From: Gammaproteobacteria bacterium
GTDB taxonomy: Bacteria; Pseudomonadota; Gammaproteobacteria; Ga0077536
Direction: 5' to 3'
Assembly: GCA_963662545.2 (NCBI GenBank)
Contig: CAXXLL010000002.1
Location: 1,088,001 to 1,152,000, forward strand
DNA: 64,000 bases
Shown here: positions 18,881 to 27,372 of the stretch, piece by piece
How the letters are laid out: the number at the start of each line of letters is the position of its first letter
Position numbering within the stretch: the first letter of the stretch is position 1
Made by a program: the position numbers and the translations under genes
Notes under the pieces: model-generated
Databases searched by the model: none
What the model was told of the DNA's origin: nothing
Seen by the model: only the letters and a program-made list of their open reading frames with translations

Positions 18881-20023
18881 ATGACGCGGGAGACGATCAC
18901 CTTGGGGATGCCGATCTCGCTGAGCGGTCGCTATGCAATGCTCGGCCGACAGGTGCTGGCGGGCTTGCAATGCTACGTGCGGGCCGTCAACGCCGCGGGC
19001 GGAATCTACCTTTCGGGCTCGAAGCGCAGCTTGCCGGTCGCGCTCATCGCACATGACGACGAGGGCCGAGAGAAAAAGGCCCGGCATCTGGTCGAACGCC
19101 TGATCAATGAAGACGCTATCGACGTCTTGTTGGGGCCCTACGGCAGCGGCCTCACTTTCGCCGCGGCCGAGGCGGCGGATGCGGCCGGCATGGTTTTGTT
19201 CAATCACAGCGGCTCGGCCGATTCCATTTTCGCGCGGCAATCGCAGTGGATGGTCGGGATCATCAGCCCCGCGTCGCGGTACTTGTGCAGCGTGCTCGAT
19301 GCGCTGCGCGCGCGTGATCCCGCCGCGCGAACGATCGCGATCGTCAGCGCGGAGACGGGGTTTGCCGGCGAGGTCGCGCAAGGCGCGGTCGACTGGATCA
19401 ACAAGCAGGGCCTGGAGTTAAGCCTGCACCAGCGCTACCCCTCGGGGCTCGAGGACTTTCGCGATCACGTCGGCGTACTCAAGGAGGAACCACCCGATTG
19501 GTTACTGGGAGTCGGTCGCATAGAAGACGACGTTCGGTTCGCGCACGAACTCTGCGAAATCCGCCCTGAAGTCAAGGCTACCGCTCTCGTCGTCGCCGCC
19601 ATCGATCACTTCAGCCACGCACTCGGCGATGCTAGCGACGGGTTTCTCGCGCCTTCGCAATGGGAGCCCCAGGTACGTTATGCGGTGGACTGCGGCCCGC
19701 TGGCCAGCGAGTTCCTCGAGCGCTACCGCCAGGCATCCGCCTTGCCGCTTGACTACCCGGCCGCCCAGGCTTACGCCGGCGGCGTAATCGTTCAGCGCTG
19801 TATAGAAACCGCCGGATCGCTCGAACAGAAAGCCCTGCGCGATGCCGCACGCGGTCTGCGCTGCACGAGTTTCTACGGTCCCTTCGCCATCGACGGCGAA
19901 AGCGGACGCCAGACGGCGCATCCGATGCTCACGACGCAGTGGCAGGCAGGCGGTAAGAAGATCGTGTGGCCGCCGCCGGTGGCGGAGGCGACGATCGCTT
20001 ATCCCGGTCCTTTTCGGCAGTGA
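18881..20023 (+). CDS. Branched-chain amino acid-type ABC substrate-binding protein (LivJ-like), orphan
   Basis: SLSGRYA, VNAAGGI, LLGPYGSG, QWQ.G...IVWP. No signal peptide visible. Confidence 0.85.
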   Translation: MTRETITLGMPISLSGRYAMLGRQVLAGLQCYVRAVNAAGGIYLSGSKRSLPVALIAHDDEGREKKARHLVERLINEDAIDVLLGPYGSGLTFAAAEAADAAGMVLFNHSGSADSIFARQSQWMVGIISPASRYLCSVLDALRARDPAARTIAIVSAETGFAGEVAQGAVDWINKQGLELSLHQRYPSGLEDFRDHVGVLKEEPPDWLLGVGRIEDDVRFAHELCEIRPEVKATALVVAAIDHFSHALGDASDGFLAPSQWEPQVRYAVDCGPLASEFLERYRQASALPLDYPAAQAYAGGVIVQRCIETAGSLEQKALRDAARGLRCTSFYGPFAIDGESGRQTAHPMLTTQWQAGGKKIVWPPPVAEATIAYPGPFRQ

Positions 20024-20108
20024 GGCGACGCCCACCGCACCGTGCGGGCGTCCATCACGGTGGGGGATCCGCGCGGTTTGCTATAGTGAAATCGACGCTA
20101 CCGTTCAC

Positions 20109-20271
20109 CTAGTGTGCTGTCCCGTGAAAAAGTTGCGTAAGTCGCGCCGGATTTATTGTCGCTGGCAAGGCGCAACGACGCCGTGTAGCGGGCTCTACAC
20201 AAGGAGGAGCGCGGCTGGTGGCAACTAAAGACCAGCGAATTATGAAAGTTTTTCACGGGACAGGACACTAG
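20109..20271. mobile_element. MITE family B copy 1 (IS630-like ends)
   Basis: CTAGTGTGCTGTCCCGTGAAAAA ... TTTTTCACGGGACAGGACACTAG, with CTAG/TA at both ends; other copies at 35133 and 59668. Confidence 0.85.
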
Positions 20272-20280
20272 GAGAGATCC

Positions 20281-20712
20281 ATGAAACTCGACGCCGCCGT
20301 GGTGACCCTGCTCATCGCGGTTCATCATGCCATCGCTTACATTCACGGCGGCGCCCATACCGATCTCGCCATCGTCATGTCGGTATTTCAGAACGCGTTC
20401 ATCTATTTCGTGATCCTCCTGGTACCGCTGGCGGGCGCCGTTCTTACCTGGATGAGCAGGCCCAGAATCGGCCTGTGGGCCGTGATCATCGGCATGGCGG
20501 GGGCCCTCATCTTTGGCGTCACCCATCACTACATGCTCGTATCCCCGGACCATATTGCTCACCTGCCGGCGGCAACGCCATACGTCCACGACACTTTCAT
20601 CTGGACGGCGGGCGCCATGGCGATGGTGGAAGGCGCGTGCGCCATGCTGGCTGCATATTTTCTCGGGCGTCGTTATCGCGACGCGACCGCCGCCTGGCCG
20701 ACGGGAGATTAG
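20281..20712 (+). CDS. Small His-containing 4-TM membrane protein
   Basis: Four hydrophobic segments, HHAIAYIHGGAH and HHY...SPDHI; AGGAG RBS overlapping the MITE end. Confidence 0.7.
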   Translation: MKLDAAVVTLLIAVHHAIAYIHGGAHTDLAIVMSVFQNAFIYFVILLVPLAGAVLTWMSRPRIGLWAVIIGMAGALIFGVTHHYMLVSPDHIAHLPAATPYVHDTFIWTAGAMAMVEGACAMLAAYFLGRRYRDATAAWPTGD

Positions 20713-20821
20713 AGGTAAAAACTTGGACTCGTTCTTACAGATTGGCATCTTGGATACGACCTGACCTGATAAGTACCGTAGCATAAACACAGCACTCCGC
20801 TGTCGGGCTTTACGAGATTAG

Positions 20822-20894
20822 GGTCCGCTATACCGCCGTGAGCAGCCACGCCATGCTGCACTGCACCAGTTCGTAGTCGACCCTGAACGGACAT
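20822..20894. repeat. Cassette-boundary repeat R0 (partial)
   Basis: GGTCCGCTATACCGCCGTGAGCAGCC, then TGCTGCACTGC, then TCGACCCTGAACGGACAT: same order of motifs as R1-R3. Confidence 0.6.
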
Positions 20895-20942
20895 CGACCC
20901 TCGACCTTCAACGGATTCGCTTCGCGGTAAGAACCAGCTTAA

Positions 20943-21467
20943 CTAACTCACGGGCATATCCGGTCTAGGACTTGTTCCAGCGAATATCGATTCGCCTGGA
21001 GGCGCGTCAAGAAGCAATTCCACTTCCTTTTGGAAATTAGCGCTAAACCACGCTTTTCTCTGTTTCCACCAAACTCTTCCGCTGGGCGTATTGAGTACTC
21101 CCGGGACCATTACCCGGTAAGTATCTTCCATGTCATCTGGGTAGTTTCTCTGCCGAATGTCGGCAAACGCTTGTTCTATAGCTTGAAGCCAAATGAGTGT
21201 CGCCAGATCAAATCGATATCGTTCTACCGGCGTGAAATTCTCGAAACGGTCGAGGTCCGCAAAGCCGTTGAGGATGATCTCAGCGATCTCTGGATCATTC
21301 GCTAAGACTGTAATAGCTGCTGCATGATCGTGGGCGGTTGCTCGTGCGTTCGCTCTGCGCGTTTCAACTGTGTGCTTTTTGATCTGGAAACCGACGTACA
21401 GCAGCGAAAAAATGACGCCAACAGCGCTAATAATCTCGGCCACTCCACTGATAGCATCCCAATTCAC
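20943..21467 (-). CDS. Hypothetical protein with N-terminal TM helix (MNWDA...FQI family)
   Basis: 174-aa ORF, lower GC than neighbours, NWDAISGVAEII...SLLYVGFQI and WW..RKAWF...F. Confidence 0.75.
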   Translation of the reverse strand: MNWDAISGVAEIISAVGVIFSLLYVGFQIKKHTVETRRANARATAHDHAAAITVLANDPEIAEIILNGFADLDRFENFTPVERYRFDLATLIWLQAIEQAFADIRQRNYPDDMEDTYRVMVPGVLNTPSGRVWWKQRKAWFSANFQKEVELLLDAPPGESIFAGTSPRPDMPVS

Positions 21468-21523
21468 CTTTGCCTCTCCCGCTGAATAAACGATGAATCA
21501 GGATAGCGAATTCCCTCATGTGG

Positions 21524-21657
21524 GACGACCATTGCTGACCGACTCCCGCCGTGTTCTCTCAACTCGATGCTTAACGCAACTCGACGGCCGCTTATGAGCG
21601 CATTGCAGACGTAACCTAGAAAGGTGCTGCACTGCCGCGAGGGGGCCGCTGACGACC
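21524..21657. repeat. Cassette-boundary repeat R1 (interrupted by IS1182; continues 23343-23358)
   Basis: AACGCAACTCGACGGCCGCTTATGAGCGCATTGCAGACGTAACCTAGAAAGGTGCTGCACTGCCGCGA..GGCCGCTGACG is closely matched at 24823-24904 and more loosely at 25557-25637. Confidence 0.85.
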
Positions 21658-23342
21658 CAGAGTGTGTGAAAACTCGGAATGAAGAGGAATCACGTCGAGA
21701 ACTCCTCGTCAGACGCAACGCGGCGCGGTTACGACGGCCGCGCTCGCGGTCCAATGCGATCGGTTAGTTAATGGAACATTCCTTAGAACGGCCCCAGAAG
21801 CCGGCAGTGAAGCCGTGGATCAGGGAGTTTTCGAGGCCACAGAGGGTCTCATGCCGTCATCGCTTCGATGAGCGTAGCGACACCCAGTAGATTCATCACG
21901 CGTTTCATGTTGTAAGCGAGCACGTGCAGACTCATTTCCGTACCAACGTGTTTCAGCGTGCGCATCTGGAAGTGGGTCGAACCCATCCAGGATTTGATCG
22001 TGCCAAATGGATGCTCGACCGTCTCTCGGCGGACACGCATAGGGTCAGGTTCACGATCCAATCGCGCCTGCACCGCTTCAACAACCGCTTCATGTTCCCA
22101 ACGGCTGACGCGCCGGTATCGACCCGTTGTGCATTTAGATTTGATCGGGCAGCGGGGACACGCCGAACTCCAGTAGCGCCGGATCTGCTTGCCTTTCTCC
22201 ACTCGGGTGAACCGGTAAATCAGTCGCTCACCGGCCGGGCATTCATACGCATCCTCTTCGGGTTGGTAAATGAAGTCGCGCTTGCCAAACAAGCCCTTCG
22301 CCTGGTTACCCGAGGTCTGCGGTTTCGGCAGATAGGTCGTGATGCCGGCTTTAGCGCACGCCAAGATCTCTTCGCCACTGAAGTACCCGCGATCCGCAAC
22401 GACGGTCAACTCCTTCTTATCCAGCGCCTCTTTGGCTTTCTCCGACATGTTCGACAGTTGCGCCCGGTCATGACCTACGTTCGTCACTTCATGTGCCACA
22501 ATCAGATGACTCTTCGTGTCGACCGCCGTCTGCACGTTGTACCCCACCATGCCGCTGCCACGGCCGCTCGTCGCCATCGAGCGCGCGTCCGGGTCCGTCA
22601 GTGAGACCTGATGGTCCGGCGTCTCCTCGAGCCGTACCTCGAGCTTTTTTAGGCGGCCTATCTCTTCCTTCAGTACCTCGATCTTGTCCTTCAAACGCTG
22701 CGACTTGTCACCTGACACCGCACGCTCCTGGCGGTCGGCACTTGCAATTTCCGCCAGGTACCGCTCAACGCTCTCGTCAATCTGCTGCAACCGACGTTTC
22801 AGCTTCGCCTTCGTGAAGTTCCGGTCACGGTTGTTTACCGCTTTGAACTTGCTGCCATCTATCGCCACGAAGGCTTCCGAAAACAGCTGCAGCTTACGGC
22901 ACAGCATCACGAACTCCCGGCATACCAGACGAATGGCGTCACCGTTATCTTTGCGGAAATCGGCAATGGTCTTGAAATCAGGCGCCAGACGACCCGTCAG
23001 CCACATCAGTTCCACGTTCCGCTGCGCCTCCCGTTCCAGGCGACGGCTCGATTGAACCCGGTTCAGGTAACCGTAGATATAGAGCTTCAGCATCGTCGCC
23101 GGGTGATACCCCGGTCGACCCGTCTCATGCGCATCGGTTCTGAAACTCAGACCTGACAGATCCAACTCATCGACGAACACATCGATGACCCGCACCGCAC
23201 TCTCCTCAGCGACATAATCGTCCAGACACTCGGGAAACAGCGTTGTTTGGCGGCGGTCCGCGCCTTCAATGAACCCGCTCATCAACGACTCCCCAGGACC
23301 GAAAGAGTGATCTTATCTGATGCAGAGTTTTCACACACTCTG
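21658..23342 (-). mobile_element. IS1182-family insertion sequence, apparently intact
   Basis: Perfect 18-bp TIRs CAGAGTGTGTGAAAACTC / GAGTTTTCACACACTCTG and a 4-bp TSD GACC (21654-21657, 23343-23346). Confidence 0.93.
21849..23282 (-). CDS. IS1182-family DDE transposase
   Basis: GRPGYHP..MLKLYIYGY, SSRRLE, PDFKTIADFR, AIDGSK, SLTDPDAR, ADRGY, TVEHPFGTIK. Confidence 0.95.
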   Translation of the reverse strand: MSGFIEGADRRQTTLFPECLDDYVAEESAVRVIDVFVDELDLSGLSFRTDAHETGRPGYHPATMLKLYIYGYLNRVQSSRRLEREAQRNVELMWLTGRLAPDFKTIADFRKDNGDAIRLVCREFVMLCRKLQLFSEAFVAIDGSKFKAVNNRDRNFTKAKLKRRLQQIDESVERYLAEIASADRQERAVSGDKSQRLKDKIEVLKEEIGRLKKLEVRLEETPDHQVSLTDPDARSMATSGRGSGMVGYNVQTAVDTKSHLIVAHEVTNVGHDRAQLSNMSEKAKEALDKKELTVVADRGYFSGEEILACAKAGITTYLPKPQTSGNQAKGLFGKRDFIYQPEEDAYECPAGERLIYRFTRVEKGKQIRRYWSSACPRCPIKSKCTTGRYRRVSRWEHEAVVEAVQARLDREPDPMRVRRETVEHPFGTIKSWMGSTHFQMRTLKHVGTEMSLHVLAYNMKRVMNLLGVATLIEAMTA

Positions 23343-23372
23343 GACCCATAGCCGACATCGCGATTCTCCTTA

Positions 23373-24719
23373 CTATGCGTCCCGCACCCCGAGAAGCTCC
23401 TTGGCCGCCCGCATGCCGGACCAATGGGCTTGGCCAACGGTGCTGTTGACCAAATAATCGCCAGCGAATGTGACCCGCTCCAACGGTCCAAGGTCGCGAA
23501 ATCGTTTCAACGCTTTGAGATAACCTTTGGGTCTTCGCGCTATCGCCAGGTCATTGCGCTGGATGTATTGGTCAACAATGATCGCATCGCGAATCTGTGG
23601 GAATGCCCTCGTCACTTCTTTCCAACCGTCTTCTAGCACAGCGTCCGACGACCACGCCTGGGTCTCCTTGCTGCCCCAGTTCTTCCACTGGGCGTAGACG
23701 AGCGTTCGCCCTTCACCACCAGGGCTGAACGCGACATCGGCAACTACCCTGTACCCGTCTACCGTCGGCAGCAAAACCCGCTCGGGCAGATCGTCCCGGA
23801 GCGGTTCGTCCAACAGATACCACGCGTTATGGTGGCCCGAATACGAGACACCCTCAAAGAACTGACGCCGTTCTTCGTCAATGCCGGGGAATAAGTTTAG
23901 AACCAGAGTCCCGGGCACTGCGATGACCGCGGCGTCGGCGGTGATCGTTTCGACCGCGCCGTGCCGGTTCACATCAACTTCAATATGACTTTCGAGCACC
24001 CGCAGTTGTTGGGCGATGACATGGAAGTTCAACTGCGTGCCTTCGTCGCGAACGAAATGTTCGCCGAGCGAGCGGGTCAGCTGGCCGACGCCGCGCTCCT
24101 CGAACGCCCACCAATGTTCGGCACCCCAGGTAAGGCGGCTCGCGACCAACCACAGCAGCCAGGCGAGCGAATAATCATCCTCTCCATAACCGCAAAAAAG
24201 CGACAGGCAGGGATCAAGGAAATAATCGACGAACTTTGGCGAATGTGCCCGAAAGTACTCGCACGCGTTCTGATCGTCGAATTTCGCTGCGGTCACCGGA
24301 TCCCGCGGGTCGCACGCAGCCATCTGTTTGAGCATTCGCGGCACAACTTTACCCAAAGCCAGTTTCTCTTTGACGGGGATGACATCGGATTTGATCGCTT
24401 CGAGAATATCGAAGTCGTCGAAGGATACGATACCTTTGTCCTTCAGTAGAACGTGGTAGCGTGGTCGGCTTTCAAGAAATTCTGTGCGCGGCAACGTGTC
24501 GTAGATGCCGAGTGCGGTCGCTAATTCGACCAGGTTTTCTTCCGAGCCGATGAATCCCTCAGCGCCTCGCTGCAGATACATCCCGTTCCATTTGAATGCG
24601 CGACACCGACCCCCAGCATCTTCGTTCTTCTCCAGGATCACGACTTCATGATCGCTCTCCCGCAATGTCCAAGCGGCCGACATGCCAGCCATGCCGCCAC
24701 CGATGACAATGATTTTCAT
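23373..24719 (-). CDS. FAD-dependent amine oxidase / protoporphyrinogen-oxidase-like protein
   Basis: IGGGMAGMSAA, LEK...AGGR, GAE, FAGDY...STVGQAHWSG..AA. Confidence 0.85.
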   Translation of the reverse strand: MKIIVIGGGMAGMSAAWTLRESDHEVVILEKNEDAGGRCRAFKWNGMYLQRGAEGFIGSEENLVELATALGIYDTLPRTEFLESRPRYHVLLKDKGIVSFDDFDILEAIKSDVIPVKEKLALGKVVPRMLKQMAACDPRDPVTAAKFDDQNACEYFRAHSPKFVDYFLDPCLSLFCGYGEDDYSLAWLLWLVASRLTWGAEHWWAFEERGVGQLTRSLGEHFVRDEGTQLNFHVIAQQLRVLESHIEVDVNRHGAVETITADAAVIAVPGTLVLNLFPGIDEERRQFFEGVSYSGHHNAWYLLDEPLRDDLPERVLLPTVDGYRVVADVAFSPGGEGRTLVYAQWKNWGSKETQAWSSDAVLEDGWKEVTRAFPQIRDAIIVDQYIQRNDLAIARRPKGYLKALKRFRDLGPLERVTFAGDYLVNSTVGQAHWSGMRAAKELLGVRDA

Positions 24720-24773
24720 AGTCGCCCCATCGGTTCGTTTAAACGCCGGAGACTATACATCAGTAAGGCGGGC

Positions 24774-24921
24774 GGTGGCCGCTCCTGGCCGACTGCCGTC
24801 GTCATTGGTTAACACGTCAGTGAACGCAACTCCACGACCGCTATGGAGCGCATTGCAGACCGAATCTAGAACAGTGCTGCACTGCCGCGATGAGGCGGCT
24901 GACGGCGGGGAAAGCGGACCT
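24774..24921. repeat. Cassette-boundary repeat R2
   Basis: GGCCGCTCCTGGCCGACTGCCG ... GACCGCTATGGAGCGCATTGCAGAC ... GTGCTGCACTGCCGCGA ... GGCTGACGGCGGGGAAAGCGGACC. Confidence 0.85.
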
Positions 24922-24995
24922 ACGGCTGGCAATCATCGCTGACAGTAACCCGAGCCGCCGGCATGCCTCGCGCTCGGCGCATGTGGTACTCGCCG

Positions 24996-25370
24996 TCACG
25001 CCTTCTCTGTGTGTCGGACGTTGTACATGAAGTACAAACTAATCAGCGTGCCTGTCACGAGAAAGATCACTACAGCTTCGATCCACCAAGGAAAAGTAAC
25101 AAGCGATATTTCGTCGTAAACAGATTGCTCACGGGCACGGAGCAGCACCCACGCTTTGACATGTACAAACGTAGTTACGCCAAACATTGAGGCAGAAAGC
25201 AGATAAACGAACGATATCATCATGCATTGGTACCGTGACAATGCTCTGCCGACGAAATATGAAACTGTGAGATAAGCAAAAGTTAGAGAAAGCCATACTC
25301 CAAGATATGTCGCCGCGACATCGGCGATGTCGGTCAATGCACCAATAACTCCAATTCCTACTTCAGTCAT
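24996..25370 (-). CDS. Small 3-TM hypothetical membrane protein
   Basis: 124 aa, FAYL..SYFVG..LSRYQ, C-terminal SLYFMYNVRH; low GC. Confidence 0.75.
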   Translation of the reverse strand: MTEVGIGVIGALTDIADVAATYLGVWLSLTFAYLTVSYFVGRALSRYQCMMISFVYLLSASMFGVTTFVHVKAWVLLRAREQSVYDEISLVTFPWWIEAVVIFLVTGTLISLYFMYNVRHTEKA

Positions 25371-25505
25371 CTCTTCATTCCCCCATAGTTAAACCAACAG
25401 GAGTAAGGATATAATTGATGTCAGGGCCAGTGGGTGGCACGCTCTTATGTCTCAAATCCTCGTTTCCGTAAAACCCAAATGAATACAAAGCTGTTCCAGA
25501 AGGGC

Positions 25506-25653
25506 GACCGGCCGTTTCTGGCCGACTATCGCCGTGCTCCCTCCACTCAATTCTTGAAGCAATCCGACGACTGCTTACGAGGGTACTGCAGACGTAATCT
25601 CTAGCTGTGCTGCACTGCGGCGATTCGGCCGCTGACGACCCACTACGGACCGT
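25506..25653. repeat. Cassette-boundary repeat R3
   Basis: GGCCGTTTCTGGCCGACTATCGCCGTG ... GACTGCTTACGAGGGTACTGCAGACGT ... GTGCTGCACTGCGGCGA ... GGCCGCTGACGACCCACTACGGACC. Confidence 0.85.
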
Positions 25654-25780
25654 CGCAGTGGCTAATATGCGTTCAGCTATGCTCAATTAATGGTCAATTT
25701 CCAGACCGCTATCCTATTTATAGAAATTGGCGGCGACCCATAATTGCTACTCACCGGATGTTTGACGTGAAGTTGGGGGC

Positions 25781-25806
25781 AAAGGGGCGTTAATGCCGCC
25801 TATACT
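25781..25806 (+). other. IS91/ISCR oriIS-like terminus (putative)
   Basis: AAAGGGGCGTTAATGCCGCCTATACT resembles ISCR-type ori ends (..GG.GTT.A....CCTATAC). Confidence 0.45.
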
Positions 25807-25919
25807 TTCCGTATAAATCGTATTTGGCTTTGCATTTATGGAAGGCGGTGGATACCAAACTGATTAAGTAAGCTATTTATATCGACGGTAAAATAAGTCT
25901 CATCTGAGCCCATATAAAC

Positions 25920-27362
25920 TTATGTATCGAATACTTCCAGATCAGCAAAAGTAATTTCCTCACCTTCTTCGTACATTAGAAGGTCCCCGGCGATAATGTG
26001 GGCGGCGCCTTTTAAGCATTCTAGTAAAGAGGGGTGTGGAAATATTGATTCCAGCAGGTAGGTATACGGCAACTCTCGCTCAATAATGATCGAGGCGGCA
26101 CTGACAATACCGTCAGCTTCAGGGCCCACCACGCGCACACCGAGAATTCGGTCATCACCTTTGGGCCCAACAATCAACTTGACGAAACCGGCCGCCGGTT
26201 GAATGGCGTGGGCGCGATGATTGCGCGCATAGGGGTATTTACCTATCCGCACCTCGCCGTACTTTTCCCGGGCATAGGTCTCATTAACCCCAGCGCCTGC
26301 CAGCATGGGCACGGTAAAAATGATATAGGGGATGTGGTTCATGCTCTGTGGATAATCTTGGTTGAGGATATGTGCAGCTGCGCAACGCCCCTCAGCTTCG
26401 GCAACATGAACCAGTGCCAAGTCGCTAGGTATATTTCGATTGCCGATGTCGCCTACCGCATAGATGTGCGCTACCGAGGAGCGAGTATCCAGGCCCGTGG
26501 GTATATAGCCTCGCTGGTCCAATTCGACACCGCTAGCTTCAATATTCATGGTGCCCGAGCAGGGCATGCGGCCTATGGCTAGTAATACCGTTTCGGTTTC
26601 AATCTCACCGCTGGATAATGTGGTTTTTACGCTGGTGTCCAGCAGTTCCATGCTCTGATAGCGGCTGCAGGCTATCACCTTGATTCCGCGTTTTTCAAAA
26701 GCGTTAGCCACAAAGTGGCTGAGATCTGGGTCTTCATTTGCCATGATGACCTGCTGGGTATCGACCAGGTGAACCTGGGTGCCCACGGCGTTGAACATAC
26801 TGGCGAATTCACAACCGATGATGCCGGCTCCTAGAATCAGCATCGAGCTTGGTGTGGTGCTTAGCTGGTTAACCTCATCAGAGGTAAGTACGCGCCGGCC
26901 ATCGATTTCCATGCCAGGCAGCACGCGGGGGCAGGTGCCGGTGGCGATGATAATGTTGTCAGCGCTGTAGCGGGTCCCATTGACTTCGACTGTATGGGGG
27001 TCAATAAAGCGTCCGCGCCCCTTGATGACTTCAATGCCCAAGCGCTGCAAGCGCTTTTCAAGCATTTTGGTGAGGTTTGCCGCCGATTCGGCAACCCCCT
27101 GTTGCAGTGTTTCGATTTTCAGTGGCTTGAGTTCGCCGAAGACGTGCTTGCGTAATCGAGTGTGCAAGTACTCACGGCTAATTTCAAAGCCTGCCTTGGA
27201 GCGAAAAGCTCCATCGATGCCGTAGCCCATCAGTGGGCCCTCATTAATGATGATGGCCTTCCTGCCGGCCAGTGCGAGCTTGCTTGCGGCGCTGATTCCG
27301 CCGGGGCCGCCGCCTATTACTAGTACATCGCAATGAATTGCCGTCATGGTTTTTTGTTCCAT
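25920..27362 (-). CDS. Class I pyridine nucleotide-disulfide oxidoreductase-like flavoprotein lacking the redox-active Cys pair
   Basis: IGGGPGG, IATG..P, GAGIIGCE, IYAVGD and HPSLLE are present, but GYGIDGAFRSK replaces GGTCLNVGCIPSK. Lower GC than host genes. Confidence 0.88.
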   Translation of the reverse strand: MEQKTMTAIHCDVLVIGGGPGGISAASKLALAGRKAIIINEGPLMGYGIDGAFRSKAGFEISREYLHTRLRKHVFGELKPLKIETLQQGVAESAANLTKMLEKRLQRLGIEVIKGRGRFIDPHTVEVNGTRYSADNIIIATGTCPRVLPGMEIDGRRVLTSDEVNQLSTTPSSMLILGAGIIGCEFASMFNAVGTQVHLVDTQQVIMANEDPDLSHFVANAFEKRGIKVIACSRYQSMELLDTSVKTTLSSGEIETETVLLAIGRMPCSGTMNIEASGVELDQRGYIPTGLDTRSSVAHIYAVGDIGNRNIPSDLALVHVAEAEGRCAAAHILNQDYPQSMNHIPYIIFTVPMLAGAGVNETYAREKYGEVRIGKYPYARNHRAHAIQPAAGFVKLIVGPKGDDRILGVRVVGPEADGIVSAASIIIERELPYTYLLESIFPHPSLLECLKGAAHIIAGDLLMYEEGEEITFADLEVFDT

Positions 27363-27372
27363 CTTGGCGGAA

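Noticed and set aside
20822-25653. Classical integron attC sites or a CRISPR array
   Set aside because: No RYYYAAC...GTTRRRY ends and no intI. Repeats are ~140 bp, degenerate and separated by whole genes; no cas genes.
21464-25686. ORFs 21464-21754 and 25375-25686, which resemble each other
   Set aside because: The similarity comes from translating the non-coding repeats R1 and R3.
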